A stretch of DNA of 64,000 bases from an uncultured Alphaproteobacteria bacterium. GTDB lineage: Bacteria; Pseudomonadota; Alphaproteobacteria; HIMB59; GCA-002718135. Positions 1 to 8,622 of the stretch are shown piece by piece. A program made the translations under genes and the position numbers. Under the pieces are notes generated by a model. The model was not told the origin of the DNA. It worked only from the letters and a program-made list of their open reading frames with translations, and searched no databases. How positions within the stretch are numbered: position 1 is the first letter of the stretch; the number at the start of each line of letters is the position of its first letter. The stretch covers positions 29,376 through 93,375 of the forward strand of contig CACOIH010000001.1 in the NCBI GenBank assembly GCA_902627245.1, in the 5' to 3' direction.

Positions 1-408
1 TAATTTTGGATTGAGATTGATATTATCAGGTCTGTCTTTTTCGCCAAGAAACACTCCCTTGCCAGTAATAATTAGCATGCACCTTTTGTTTGTGTTGTAT
101 GATTTTAGTATTTCTTTTTTAAGCTTTTCATGAGCTTTTGCTAAACTGTAACCATGTAAATCTATCCTTCTGTCGATTTTAATATTGCCTCTTTTGAGGT
201 CTTTGTTAATTTCACCAAAGGACATTTCAAACTTTGTGTTAATTACTTTTTTTGACTCTTTGATGCTTTCTTTTGCCTTTTGTTGATTGGTGTTAGTGTC
301 GTTTAAGTTTTTGATGCTTGGTTTAGGATGTTTTTTAACTTTATGTGTAGTTTCTTTTTTTAAGATCTTTACACCTTTCATTTTTTTTAAAAAAAAATCT
401 TCTTCCAT
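1..408 (-). CDS. Smr/MutS2 C-terminal domain protein (3' end runs off window; not in ORF track)
   Basis: Manual translation from ATG at 408: MEEDFFFKKMKGV...RRIDLHGYSLAKAH...CMLIITGKG. DLHG and ITGKG are Smr motifs; usual position at the end of the Tim44 operon. Confidence 0.9.
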   Translation of the reverse strand, partial: MEEDFFLKKMKGVKILKKETTHKVKKHPKPSIKNLNDTNTNQQKAKESIKESKKVINTKFEMSFGEINKDLKRGNIKIDRRIDLHGYSLAKAHEKLKKEILKSYNTNKRCMLIITGKGVFLGEKDRPDNINLNPKL

Positions 409-410
409 TT

Positions 411-833
411 TTAGATATAATGCTTTATCAAGTTTTCCACCCTTTTTGGTGTTTGTTTGTACCAAAGACTATCCATCATTTCTAAGCTGACCATGTACTT
501 ATTTTTATTATTCAAATGAAACAACATTTTTTTAAATTTAACAACACCTTTTGGGCCTAGTTGGAAAAGCATCTCAATTAACAGTTCTTTCTCTTTTTTA
601 TTGTGATTTTTTTTGTAAAATAATGCCTCATAATGACTTAATGCTCTAGCGAAATCTTGATCGAAAATTATTTCAAAATACTTTTTACTAAAACTTTTCT
701 TAAAATATTTTTTTTCGTTAGGTTTAATTAAATGGCCAAAACCAACTGTGTCAAAACCCAGCTTATCTTTATAAGGTTTCTCTGAATAACCCTCATTATG
801 TTTAATTCTTTGTTTGAGTTTTTTAAAAGACAA
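411..833 (-). CDS. T4-like (GH24) lysozyme/muramidase
   Basis: E14-x8-D23-x5-T29 triad followed by VGFGH; C-terminal SLWYKQTPKRV resembles T4 lysozyme SRWYNQTPNRA; TTG start. Confidence 0.88.
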   Translation of the reverse strand: MSFKKLKQRIKHNEGYSEKPYKDKLGFDTVGFGHLIKPNEKKYFKKSFSKKYFEIIFDQDFARALSHYEALFYKKNHNKKEKELLIEMLFQLGPKGVVKFKKMLFHLNNKNKYMVSLEMMDSLWYKQTPKRVENLIKHYI

Positions 834-836
834 TTA

Positions 837-1418
837 CTAAGTCTGTGTTAGAACCCACATAGGGCTATTTGAGCTTACTGATTTCTCAAATGTCCAAGTA
901 TCTTTGTTCTTTATAATTTTGGACTCATCATCATTTAACATTTGCTCACTTATAAAGTTTATTGAAATTGAGATTATGTTGTTTTCCACTTTGGCATCTT
1001 CAACACTGTCAATTACAAGAGAGTAAAATTGGGAATTAGGGTTATTTTTCTTTTCGTCTATAGCCTTATCGAAAGCCAAAAACACATCTTTAGAAACTAA
1101 GTTTTTTAGTGTTTTCTTATCTCCGTTGTTAAAAGATGTAATAATTATTTCAAATGCCTTTTTTGCGCCCTCTAAAAACTCCTTGTGATCAAAGTTATTT
1201 ACTTTTTTATAAATTTTTTCTAGCTTCTGCTGATTATCAAGCAAAGATGGTATATCTTCTGTGGTCTGTGCTTTTACCTTTTCTGCTCTTTTTTGTGAGC
1301 TATTGTCTTTTTGGAAACCTGTTCTTTTTCCAAGAACGCTTCGCAAACGATAAATAATAAACCCAGCAATAGCGGCAAATATAATTATATCAAAAAACTG
1401 AAGATCTCCATAAACCAT
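837..1418 (-). CDS. Tim44/TimA family membrane-anchored protein
   Basis: N-terminal TM followed by RLRSVLGKRTG; FLEGAKKAFEII; C-terminal DTWTFEK...W. Confidence 0.9.
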   Translation of the reverse strand: MVYGDLQFFDIIIFAAIAGFIIYRLRSVLGKRTGFQKDNSSQKRAEKVKAQTTEDIPSLLDNQQKLEKIYKKVNNFDHKEFLEGAKKAFEIIITSFNNGDKKTLKNLVSKDVFLAFDKAIDEKKNNPNSQFYSLVIDSVEDAKVENNIISISINFISEQMLNDDESKIIKNKDTWTFEKSVSSNSPMWVLTQT

Positions 1419-1447
1419 AGAAAATTATATAATTACTTTTTTCAATA

Positions 1448-2125
1448 TTAATAGTTAAATTTATTCCAAATTGGATTTTTTATTTTTTTTAGCATGGCCT
1501 TATGATTGGATATTTGTTTCTCAGAAACTACAATTTCTTTTGTTTTTTCTTTATTTACATTGTTGCTAGATGAATTTTTATCCTCCAGGACAGCGCCGTC
1601 AAGTTGCATTGAAAACTGTTTTCCCCCTCTAAGCTCTAAATACACCGATGCCAAAAGTTGAGAATCTAATAAAGCTCCATGAAATGACCTGTCAGATAAA
1701 TCGACATTAAATCTTCTGCATAAATAATCCAAATTGGCAATTCTTGTGTTTAAGACCTCTCTGGCTAGTGCCACTGTATCAACGATAGGGTTTTTAAGAG
1801 GCGGCAACCCTATTAATGACAACTCATTATTAATAAAACCCAAATCAAAATCTGAGTTGTGTATAATCAAGGTGTCGTCTTTAATAAAATCTAGCATTTC
1901 TATATGATTTTCTTGGAAGGTTTTTTGCTTGGATAAAAAATCATCCGAAAGCCCGACAATAGATTTTGCTCCTTCAGAGATGTCTTTATCGGGTCTACAG
2001 TAAAACTGAAGGGTTTTTCCAGTCGGCACATAGTTTTTCAACTCAACGCATCCGACCTCTATAATTCTATCGCCAGATTTATAGCTAAGACCTGTTGTTT
2101 CTGTATCTATAACTATCTCTCTCAT
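1448..2125 (-). CDS. dnaQ: DNA polymerase III epsilon subunit
   Basis: DTETTG, HNSDFD and HGALLDS (DEDDh) motifs; next to coaE. Confidence 0.96.
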   Translation of the reverse strand: MREIVIDTETTGLSYKSGDRIIEVGCVELKNYVPTGKTLQFYCRPDKDISEGAKSIVGLSDDFLSKQKTFQENHIEMLDFIKDDTLIIHNSDFDLGFINNELSLIGLPPLKNPIVDTVALAREVLNTRIANLDYLCRRFNVDLSDRSFHGALLDSQLLASVYLELRGGKQFSMQLDGAVLEDKNSSSNNVNKEKTKEIVVSEKQISNHKAMLKKIKNPIWNKFNY

Positions 2126-2718
2126 TTTAAGATCTGGTCCAGTACATAGTTAATTTTAGCTGTGTATTCTTGCAATGTTTTGTTGTTGAAAACTACTATA
2201 TCAGAGTTTTTTTTTCTAATCACGTCAGTAGTTTGGAATTTAACAACCTTTTGAAATTGATATGTTGATAATTTCTTTGATTTACCAAGTCTCTCAAGTC
2301 TGTTTTTTTTTGTAGAAATAATTGAAATAACTATGTCAAACTGATTTTCCAGTTTGTTTTCGAACAACAAGGGTATGTCTAAGAAAATTATTTTTGTTCT
2401 TCTTTTTTTTTCTTTTCTTATAAATTTAATCCTACTTAACTTTACTATTTTAAAAATGAAACTTTCTAACTTAAGTTTTGTTTTTTTATCAGAGAAAATA
2501 ATGTCTGAAATATATTTTTTATCTATCTTCTTTTTTTTAATAGATTTTCCAAGATTAATTTTTTTTAAATATTTTAAAAACTTAATTGTTGGTTTTTTAT
2601 ATATCTTTGAAACTTCCTCATCAGAGTCTAATAATTTTAAACCCCTTCTCTTGACCTCTTTGGAAAATGTCGATTTCCCTGATCCTATTCCACCGGTTAT
2701 ACCAACAACAATTGTCAT
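2122..2718 (-). CDS. coaE: Dephospho-CoA kinase
   Basis: GITGGIGSGKST P-loop, DIPLLFE; maf-aroE-coaE-dnaQ order. Confidence 0.95.
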   Translation of the reverse strand: MTIVVGITGGIGSGKSTFSKEVKRRGLKLLDSDEEVSKIYKKPTIKFLKYLKKINLGKSIKKKKIDKKYISDIIFSDKKTKLKLESFIFKIVKLSRIKFIRKEKKRRTKIIFLDIPLLFENKLENQFDIVISIISTKKNRLERLGKSKKLSTYQFQKVVKFQTTDVIRKKNSDIVVFNNKTLQEYTAKINYVLDQILK

Positions 2719-3500
2719 TTAAGCTTTCTTTCTAAAAGTTGTTTTAGACCCGTGTCTAAAATTGGTTTATAACCGAACCAAAATTTAAAACTCGGTATGG
2801 CCTGTTGCACCAACATATCAATACCATAGATCTTCTTGTTGTTTGGAAATGCTTTTAAGAAGTCTGTTTCTTTAGGCGAGTAAACTATATCACTTAAAAT
2901 TGTTTGTTTTTTTACTAGTTTTTTGTTTCTTGAATTTATTGGGTTTAGTGGTGTGGTGTTAATTATCAGATCTGCGCTTTCTAAGTAATTTTCAATTTTT
3001 TTTAGAGGTACTGTGTAGTTATTATTTTTTTGATACTTCAGCGCTTTTTTTGACCTATTTAAAACAATGATATTTTTAAAACCTTTTGAAATTAATAGGT
3101 AATGGATAGCTAATGATGCCCCTCCATAACCTATCAATAAGATATTTTTATTAATAAGGTTTTTTGTCATCGGAAGTGTTTTGTAATAACCTGTCCAATC
3201 TGTATTGATTCCTCTTATTTTGGGTTTTGTCGAGACACAATTTACTGCATTTATTACTGTTGAGTGTTTATCTAAACTCTGCAGGTGTTTTATAATTTTT
3301 TGCTTGAAAGGTATTGTTATGTTTAAGCCACAAAGATCTTTTTCTTTAAGTTTTTCTCTGATCTTTTTATCAAAATTTTTATTATTTAATTCTAGGTATT
3401 CGTATTTTGCTTTTATTTTATATTTTTTAAACCAATAATTAAAAATCACTGGAGATAGGCTCTTAGAAACCTTATTTCCTACTACGTAAAATTTTTTCAT
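2715..3500 (-). CDS. aroE: Shikimate dehydrogenase
   Basis: SLSP, NITIPFK, AVN, NTD, GYGGA, DIVYSP and MLVQQA motifs. Confidence 0.95.
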   Translation of the reverse strand: MKKFYVVGNKVSKSLSPVIFNYWFKKYKIKAKYEYLELNNKNFDKKIREKLKEKDLCGLNITIPFKQKIIKHLQSLDKHSTVINAVNCVSTKPKIRGINTDWTGYYKTLPMTKNLINKNILLIGYGGASLAIHYLLISKGFKNIIVLNRSKKALKYQKNNNYTVPLKKIENYLESADLIINTTPLNPINSRNKKLVKKQTILSDIVYSPKETDFLKAFPNNKKIYGIDMLVQQAIPSFKFWFGYKPILDTGLKQLLERKLK

Positions 3501-4090
3501 TTGATTCCGTTTGTGTATTTTAATAGTTTAAACAAAGGCAGCCCCATAACATTAAAGAAATCACCTTTAATTTCCTTTATAATAGTCGGTCCTAGTGCCT
3601 CAACCTGATAACAGCCGACTGATCCAAGTATTTTTTTTCCTGTTTTTTTAAGATATCTGTCAACATCATTTATGCTTAAATCTCTAATTTCTACTTTTGT
3701 CTTCACTGAAGTTTGCCATATTTTTTTTCCATTTCTGCAAATTGTAAGGCCGGTTACGATTATATGTTTTTTTCCAGAAAGTTTTTTGATCTTTTGTTTG
3801 GCTTCGCTCATTGTTTTGGCTTTATCAAAAATTTTATTGCCTATATAAATTAAAGTATCGCACCCGATTACAAAATGTTTTTGATATTTTTTTATTTGAC
3901 TTACGCTCTTAGCTTTTTCATAAGATAGTTTTTTTGCTATCAGTGCTGGTTGTTTTTGTTTTAGGCTTTTTTTAATTATGTCTTCATTACAAAGCGGTTC
4001 TACTTTATTAAAAATAAACCCTGAGTTTTTAAGAATACTGTATCTTGATTTGCTTGTGCTTGCTAAAATGTATTTTTTGTGAGTATTCAT
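3497..4090 (-). CDS. maf: Maf family nucleotide pyrophosphatase (probable start ATG 4090; ORF track gives 4117)
   Basis: ILASTSKSR, GCDT, VGCYQVE and GDFFNVMGLP motifs. Confidence 0.92.
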   Translation of the reverse strand: MNTHKKYILASTSKSRYSILKNSGFIFNKVEPLCNEDIIKKSLKQKQPALIAKKLSYEKAKSVSQIKKYQKHFVIGCDTLIYIGNKIFDKAKTMSEAKQKIKKLSGKKHIIVTGLTICRNGKKIWQTSVKTKVEIRDLSINDVDRYLKKTGKKILGSVGCYQVEALGPTIIKEIKGDFFNVMGLPLFKLLKYTNGIK

Positions 4091-4499
4091 GTTAATAAAT
4101 TGGTAACTTATTAACATAATTATTGAATATTGGAATTCATGAAAAAATTATCTTGTTTAAACAATGAATTATTAACAACATAATAACTTCATAAAAATTA
4201 TCCCAGTAATGTTCTTAAAAAACTTATTAATTATTTATAACAGGTTATTCAAATGGTTATTTTTTTATAAATGCTTATTAATTGGGCTTATTTTAAATTA
4301 TCATTATTATTAAAAACATTGGGTGTTTATTTGTTAAGATGTTAATAATTATTAAAAAAACTATTAAAAATATAAAATTCCACTAATTAAGCCTACAAAC
4401 ACAACAACTACAAATAAATATATATATATTATTATTTACTTTGACATTAATATCTATTTTTTGTAATAAATTGTTTCATTTCTTAACTACTCCACCACT
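4091..4499. other. Probable chromosomal replication origin (oriC)
   Basis: Largest intergenic gap in the window (about 410 bp), extremely AT-rich, between divergent maf and rho. Four exact TTATTAACA 9-mers (4090-4098 rc, 4108-4116, 4169-4177, 4340-4348 rc). Syntenic with alphaproteobacterial oriC and close to mnmG/parAB/parS. Confidence 0.75.
4441..4469 (+). promoter_or_regulatory. Putative sigma70 promoter of rho
   Basis: Perfect TTGACA (4441-4446), 17-nt spacer ending in TG, then TAATAA; 30 nt upstream of the rho ATG. Confidence 0.5.
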
Positions 4500-5759
4500 A
4501 TGAACCTACAAGAATTAAAAAGTAAAAATCCAGAAGATCTATTAAAGCAAGCAGATAAACTTGGTATAGAAAACCCTTCGTCATTAAGAAAGCAAGATCT
4601 AATGTTTGCTATACTTAAAACAATTGCTGAAGAAGGTACGCCTATTACTGGCTTAGGTGTTATTGAAATAATGCAAGATGGATTTGGTTTTCTTAGATCA
4701 TCTGAATCTAACTACTTACCTGGACCTGATGATATCTATGTATCTCCTTCACAAATTAAAAAATTTAGTCTTAGAACAGGTGATAGTGTGGAGGGTGAAA
4801 TTAGATCACCAAAACAGGGAGAGAGATATTTTGCTATAATTAAAATTAATAAAATAAATGAACAAGAGGTTGATCAAGTAAAAAACAGGGTGAATTTTGA
4901 AGACTTAACTCCTCTTTATCCTGACTCAAGATTTAGACTAGAGCAGGAGAAACCAATGCCAGATTTAACTGAAAGGATTATTGATATTATAGCTCCTCTT
5001 GGTAAGGGTCAGAGGCAACTAATAGTCGCTCAACCTTTCACGGGCAAAACAATAATTATGCAAAGAATTGCAAACGCTATTACTGCAAACAGCCCAGACA
5101 CTAAATTAATTGTGTTATTAATAGATGAAAGACCAGAAGAAGTAACTGATATGCAGAGATCTCTAACAAAAGGAGAAGTTATAAGTTCAACATTTGATGA
5201 ACCAGCGTCCCGACATGTTCAGGTTGCAGAGATGGTTATAGAAAAAGCCAAAAGATTAGTTGAATATAAGCACGACGTAGTTATTCTCCTTGATTCCATA
5301 ACTAGACTAGGGAGAGCTTATAATACAGTTGTACCTTCCAGCGGTAAGGTTCTTACAGGAGGAGTTGACGCTAATGCATTACAAAGACCAAAAAGGTTTT
5401 TTGGTGCAGCTAGAAATGTTGAAAAGGGAGGCTCTTTGACGATAATAGCTACTGCTTTGATAGATACAGGTAGCAGAATGGATGAGGTTATTTTTGAAGA
5501 ATTTAAGGGCACAGGTAACAGCGAAATGGTGCTAGATAGAAAACTAAGTCAAAAAAGAACCTACCCTGCCTTTGATATTGGTAAATCAGGTACAAGAAAA
5601 GAAGAACTACTATTAGATAAAGACGAGTTAGGAAAAATATTTATTTTAAGAAAAATCTTAGCACCTATGGGCACAACTGAGTCAATGGAGTTTCTTTTGG
5701 AAAAAATGAAAAATACAAAAACTAACAACGACTTCTTTCAAAGCATGGGAACCAAATAA
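4500..5759 (+). CDS. rho: Transcription termination factor Rho
   Basis: [49 protein letters not shown]. Confidence 0.99.
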   Translation: MNLQELKSKNPEDLLKQADKLGIENPSSLRKQDLMFAILKTIAEEGTPITGLGVIEIMQDGFGFLRSSESNYLPGPDDIYVSPSQIKKFSLRTGDSVEGEIRSPKQGERYFAIIKINKINEQEVDQVKNRVNFEDLTPLYPDSRFRLEQEKPMPDLTERIIDIIAPLGKGQRQLIVAQPFTGKTIIMQRIANAITANSPDTKLIVLLIDERPEEVTDMQRSLTKGEVISSTFDEPASRHVQVAEMVIEKAKRLVEYKHDVVILLDSITRLGRAYNTVVPSSGKVLTGGVDANALQRPKRFFGAARNVEKGGSLTIIATALIDTGSRMDEVIFEEFKGTGNSEMVLDRKLSQKRTYPAFDIGKSGTRKEELLLDKDELGKIFILRKILAPMGTTESMEFLLEKMKNTKTNNDFFQSMGTK

Positions 5760-5806
5760 TTATACTTTATTCTTTTTTTTTAATTATTTTTTATTAATAT
5801 AAACAT

Positions 5807-7249
5807 GTGCTTATTAAGAAATTTTTATTTCTATTAGTATCAATATTTTTTCTTTCTATAAATCTCCAAGCTAATCAGGTTGTAAATAAAGCAAAAGAGC
5901 TTGGAGTACTGCTTTCAGGAAAATATATTGATGAAAGTATGAAAAATAAACTAGGAAAATATGTCTTGCCAAGTAGAGACTGGATGAAAAAGTATGTAAA
6001 CAACGATAGGGCGATCTTTTATAGAGAAGGAGGATTGTTTGGTGATTTAGACGGAAATGGTAAACTTGATTACATAACCTGGGGTACCGGTAAGCCTTGT
6101 CAGGAAAGCCAAAATTCTGCAGAAGGAAGGATTGGTTGTAGCACAATCAACGCCTATTCCCTTCCTTTTCAGGTTTATTCATTGGACGAAAACCTTAATT
6201 TTAAAAAACTTAACAATAAAGATCTGTTTGACTGGGGAAAGTCAAATGATAAGGGGTATCCTAACGGAACATCACGAATCATTATACAAGACTTTAATGC
6301 TGACGGTATAAATGACTTATTTATACCTAATGCATCTGTGGAACTGAATGATGGTAAGTTTAACTATAAAGGAGTTAACCCGGTTTTAGTTTCAACAGGA
6401 CCATTTAAATGGTCTGCCTCAAATCATAAAGGACATTTAGTCGACAAAAAAACAAAAACGTTTCAAGGATTTTCTCATGGTTCTGACGTAGGTGATATCG
6501 ACAATGATGGAGACTTAGACGTTGTAACAACTGACTTTACTGGCGTTATTTGTCACTATAACGACGGACAAGGCAATTTTAAAGCAAAAAAATGTATTAC
6601 TAGAAAGTCAGGAGCTTTTTTTGTTGCTGCTGTGGGTGATTTTAACAATGACGGCAATTTGGATATTGTTAGTGGCAATGCCCATTATAATGCAGAGTAT
6701 AGAAAGCATTCACCACAAGGAGATGTTGTAAAAGAAACGAAAAATTCTCATTATATCGCTATGTATTATGGCAATGGCAAAGGTAAGTTTAAACAGATTC
6801 ACAAACTCAAACCTGCAAAAGTTGGTAACTTTATATTTTCTGAAGCCCCAGAGATGACAGCTTTTGACTTTGATAACGATGGAGACCTTGACCTTGTTAG
6901 TTCAAATGTTGGTATGTATTATTCGGGGTCGGCTTGGGTTGCTTATGAAAACATAAACGGCAAATTAGAATTAGTTGATACCAACATCATTCTTGAGCCA
7001 CTTGATGAATGGCAGGATGCTAAAACGTGGGGCTCAATGGTTAAGTCAGAAAGCAACCACCCATGGAACACTTATTGTTCGGAGACTCTGCTAATCGATG
7101 TTAATAACGATGGGTTAATGGATCTGCTTTGTGATAATGCTGTACAACACCACCGCATGACTAACACCTTCTTGATTAATCAAGGAAATATGCAATTTGA
7201 TTTTGTTACCTCTGACCAAGTTAATCAATGGGTAGACTGGTTACAATAA
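5807..7249 (+). CDS. Secreted FG-GAP/VCBS repeat (beta-propeller) protein
   Basis: Signal peptide; six DxDxDGxxD-type loops (GDLDGNGKLD, QDFNADGIND, GDIDNDGDLD, GDFNNDGNLD, FDFDNDGDLD, IDVNNDGLMD). Confidence 0.85.
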   Translation: MLIKKFLFLLVSIFFLSINLQANQVVNKAKELGVLLSGKYIDESMKNKLGKYVLPSRDWMKKYVNNDRAIFYREGGLFGDLDGNGKLDYITWGTGKPCQESQNSAEGRIGCSTINAYSLPFQVYSLDENLNFKKLNNKDLFDWGKSNDKGYPNGTSRIIIQDFNADGINDLFIPNASVELNDGKFNYKGVNPVLVSTGPFKWSASNHKGHLVDKKTKTFQGFSHGSDVGDIDNDGDLDVVTTDFTGVICHYNDGQGNFKAKKCITRKSGAFFVAAVGDFNNDGNLDIVSGNAHYNAEYRKHSPQGDVVKETKNSHYIAMYYGNGKGKFKQIHKLKPAKVGNFIFSEAPEMTAFDFDNDGDLDLVSSNVGMYYSGSAWVAYENINGKLELVDTNIILEPLDEWQDAKTWGSMVKSESNHPWNTYCSETLLIDVNNDGLMDLLCDNAVQHHRMTNTFLINQGNMQFDFVTSDQVNQWVDWLQ

Positions 7250-7321
7250 ACCAGAACACTAAGAAATACCTGCTAATTTTTATTATTTACTTAATGTCAT
7301 CTTGGGTTTAATTCCCAAAAA

Positions 7322-8608
7322 ATGAAACCTTCAAAAGATACGATTTTTGCTCTAGCTACGCAAAGGGGTAAATCAGGCATTGCTGTTTTTAGAGTTTCAG
7401 GAAAAAGCTCTCACAAACTAATAAAATCAATATCTTCTAAGAAAAAATTTAAAACAAACTTTGCTTCTTTAAATAATATAATGGATGGAAAGAAAATTGT
7501 AGATCAAACCCTAACAACTTTTTTTGAATCCCCAAAAAGCTATACAGGGGAGGATATGGTGGAAATATCTTGTCATGGAAGTATTTCTGTAATTAACAAA
7601 ATAACTAAAATCCTATTGAAAAAAAAGATCAGACTTGCTGAGCCAGGAGAGTTTACCAAAAGAGCTCTAATGAATGATAAGCTTAGTGTTTTAGAAGCTG
7701 AAACTATTAATGATTTAGTAAATGCAGAAACTGAAAATCAAAGAAAGATAGCCATTGGGAATTTAAGTGGAAATTTAGATAAATTTATTAATGAAATTTC
7801 AAACAAACTAAAAAAACTTCTTGCAGACATAGAGGCGGTTATTGATTTTGCAGATGAAGAACTTCCTAAGCAAATATATATGGAGATAAGAGAACAAAAT
7901 AAGAACATATATAAGCAAATTGACAATATTATAAAAAAATCATCTTTATCTAGAAAAATATTTGATGGTTACACAATAACAATTATTGGAAAACCTAATA
8001 CTGGGAAGTCTTCTTTTATAAATTATATTAATAACAAAGAAGTTTCTATAGTAACTAACATTCCTGGCACAACCACTGATTTAGTAAGCACAACACTAGA
8101 CATTCAAGGTGATAAATATACTTTTGTTGATACAGCAGGAATAAGAAAGTTTAAGAATTTAATTGAAAAAATTGGTATAGAAAGATCATTAGAGAGTGCT
8201 GAAAAATCCGATTTAAATATTGTTTTTCTTAAAAATAACGAAAAGAAAAATTACAATAAAATTAAATCTAAAATATTTGTTAAATCAAAGTATGATACTA
8301 ATAAAAAGAAAATTAGCGGTGTAAAAAGCATTTCATCAGTATCTGGTTATGGTATCGAAAACCTTATTAAATCTATATCATCCAAATTAAAGAAAAAACC
8401 GATTTCTGGACCAGTTTTTTCACGTGAAAGGCATATAGAAAATCTTAAAAAAGCATATATATTGCTTAAAAATATAGATTTAAAAGAAATAGATATTGCT
8501 GCAGAAAATGTTAGAAGATCAATTATAAATATTGATGGTATTAATCAAAAATTTGATATTGAGAAAATTTTAGATATAATATTTAGTGATTTTTGTATTG
8601 GTAAGTAA
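7322..8608 (+). CDS. mnmE: tRNA modification GTPase MnmE
   Basis: DTIFALAT, SYTGED, GKPNTGKSS, DTAG, terminal FCIGK. Confidence 0.98.
   Translation: MKPSKDTIFALATQRGKSGIAVFRVSGKSSHKLIKSISSKKKFKTNFASLNNIMDGKKIVDQTLTTFFESPKSYTGEDMVEISCHGSISVINKITKILLKKKIRLAEPGEFTKRALMNDKLSVLEAETINDLVNAETENQRKIAIGNLSGNLDKFINEISNKLKKLLADIEAVIDFADEELPKQIYMEIREQNKNIYKQIDNIIKKSSLSRKIFDGYTITIIGKPNTGKSSFINYINNKEVSIVTNIPGTTTDLVSTTLDIQGDKYTFVDTAGIRKFKNLIEKIGIERSLESAEKSDLNIVFLKNNEKKNYNKIKSKIFVKSKYDTNKKKISGVKSISSVSGYGIENLIKSISSKLKKKPISGPVFSRERHIENLKKAYILLKNIDLKEIDIAAENVRRSIINIDGINQKFDIEKILDIIFSDFCIGK
8416..8431. promoter_or_regulatory. Putative parS site within the 3' end of mnmE
   Basis: Palindromic core TTTCACGTGAAA at 8418-8429 matches the centre of the parS consensus TGTTTCACGTGAAACA. 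Confidence 0.65.
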
Positions 8609-8622
8609 TTTCACGTGAAAAA
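8607..8622. promoter_or_regulatory. Putative parS site at the mnmE-mnmG junction
   Basis: Second TTTCACGTGAAA at 8609-8620; the mnmG(gidA) leader is a typical parS location. Confidence 0.75.

Noticed and set aside
411-833. Lysozyme as a marker of a prophage
   Set aside because: No integrase, holin, structural or replication genes; both neighbours are core genes with 2-3 bp spacing.
4200-4370. CtrA boxes (TTAA-N7-TTAA) in the origin
   Set aside because: The TTAA pairs checked had 4-, 6- or 8-nt spacers, and TTAA is expected by chance at this AT content.
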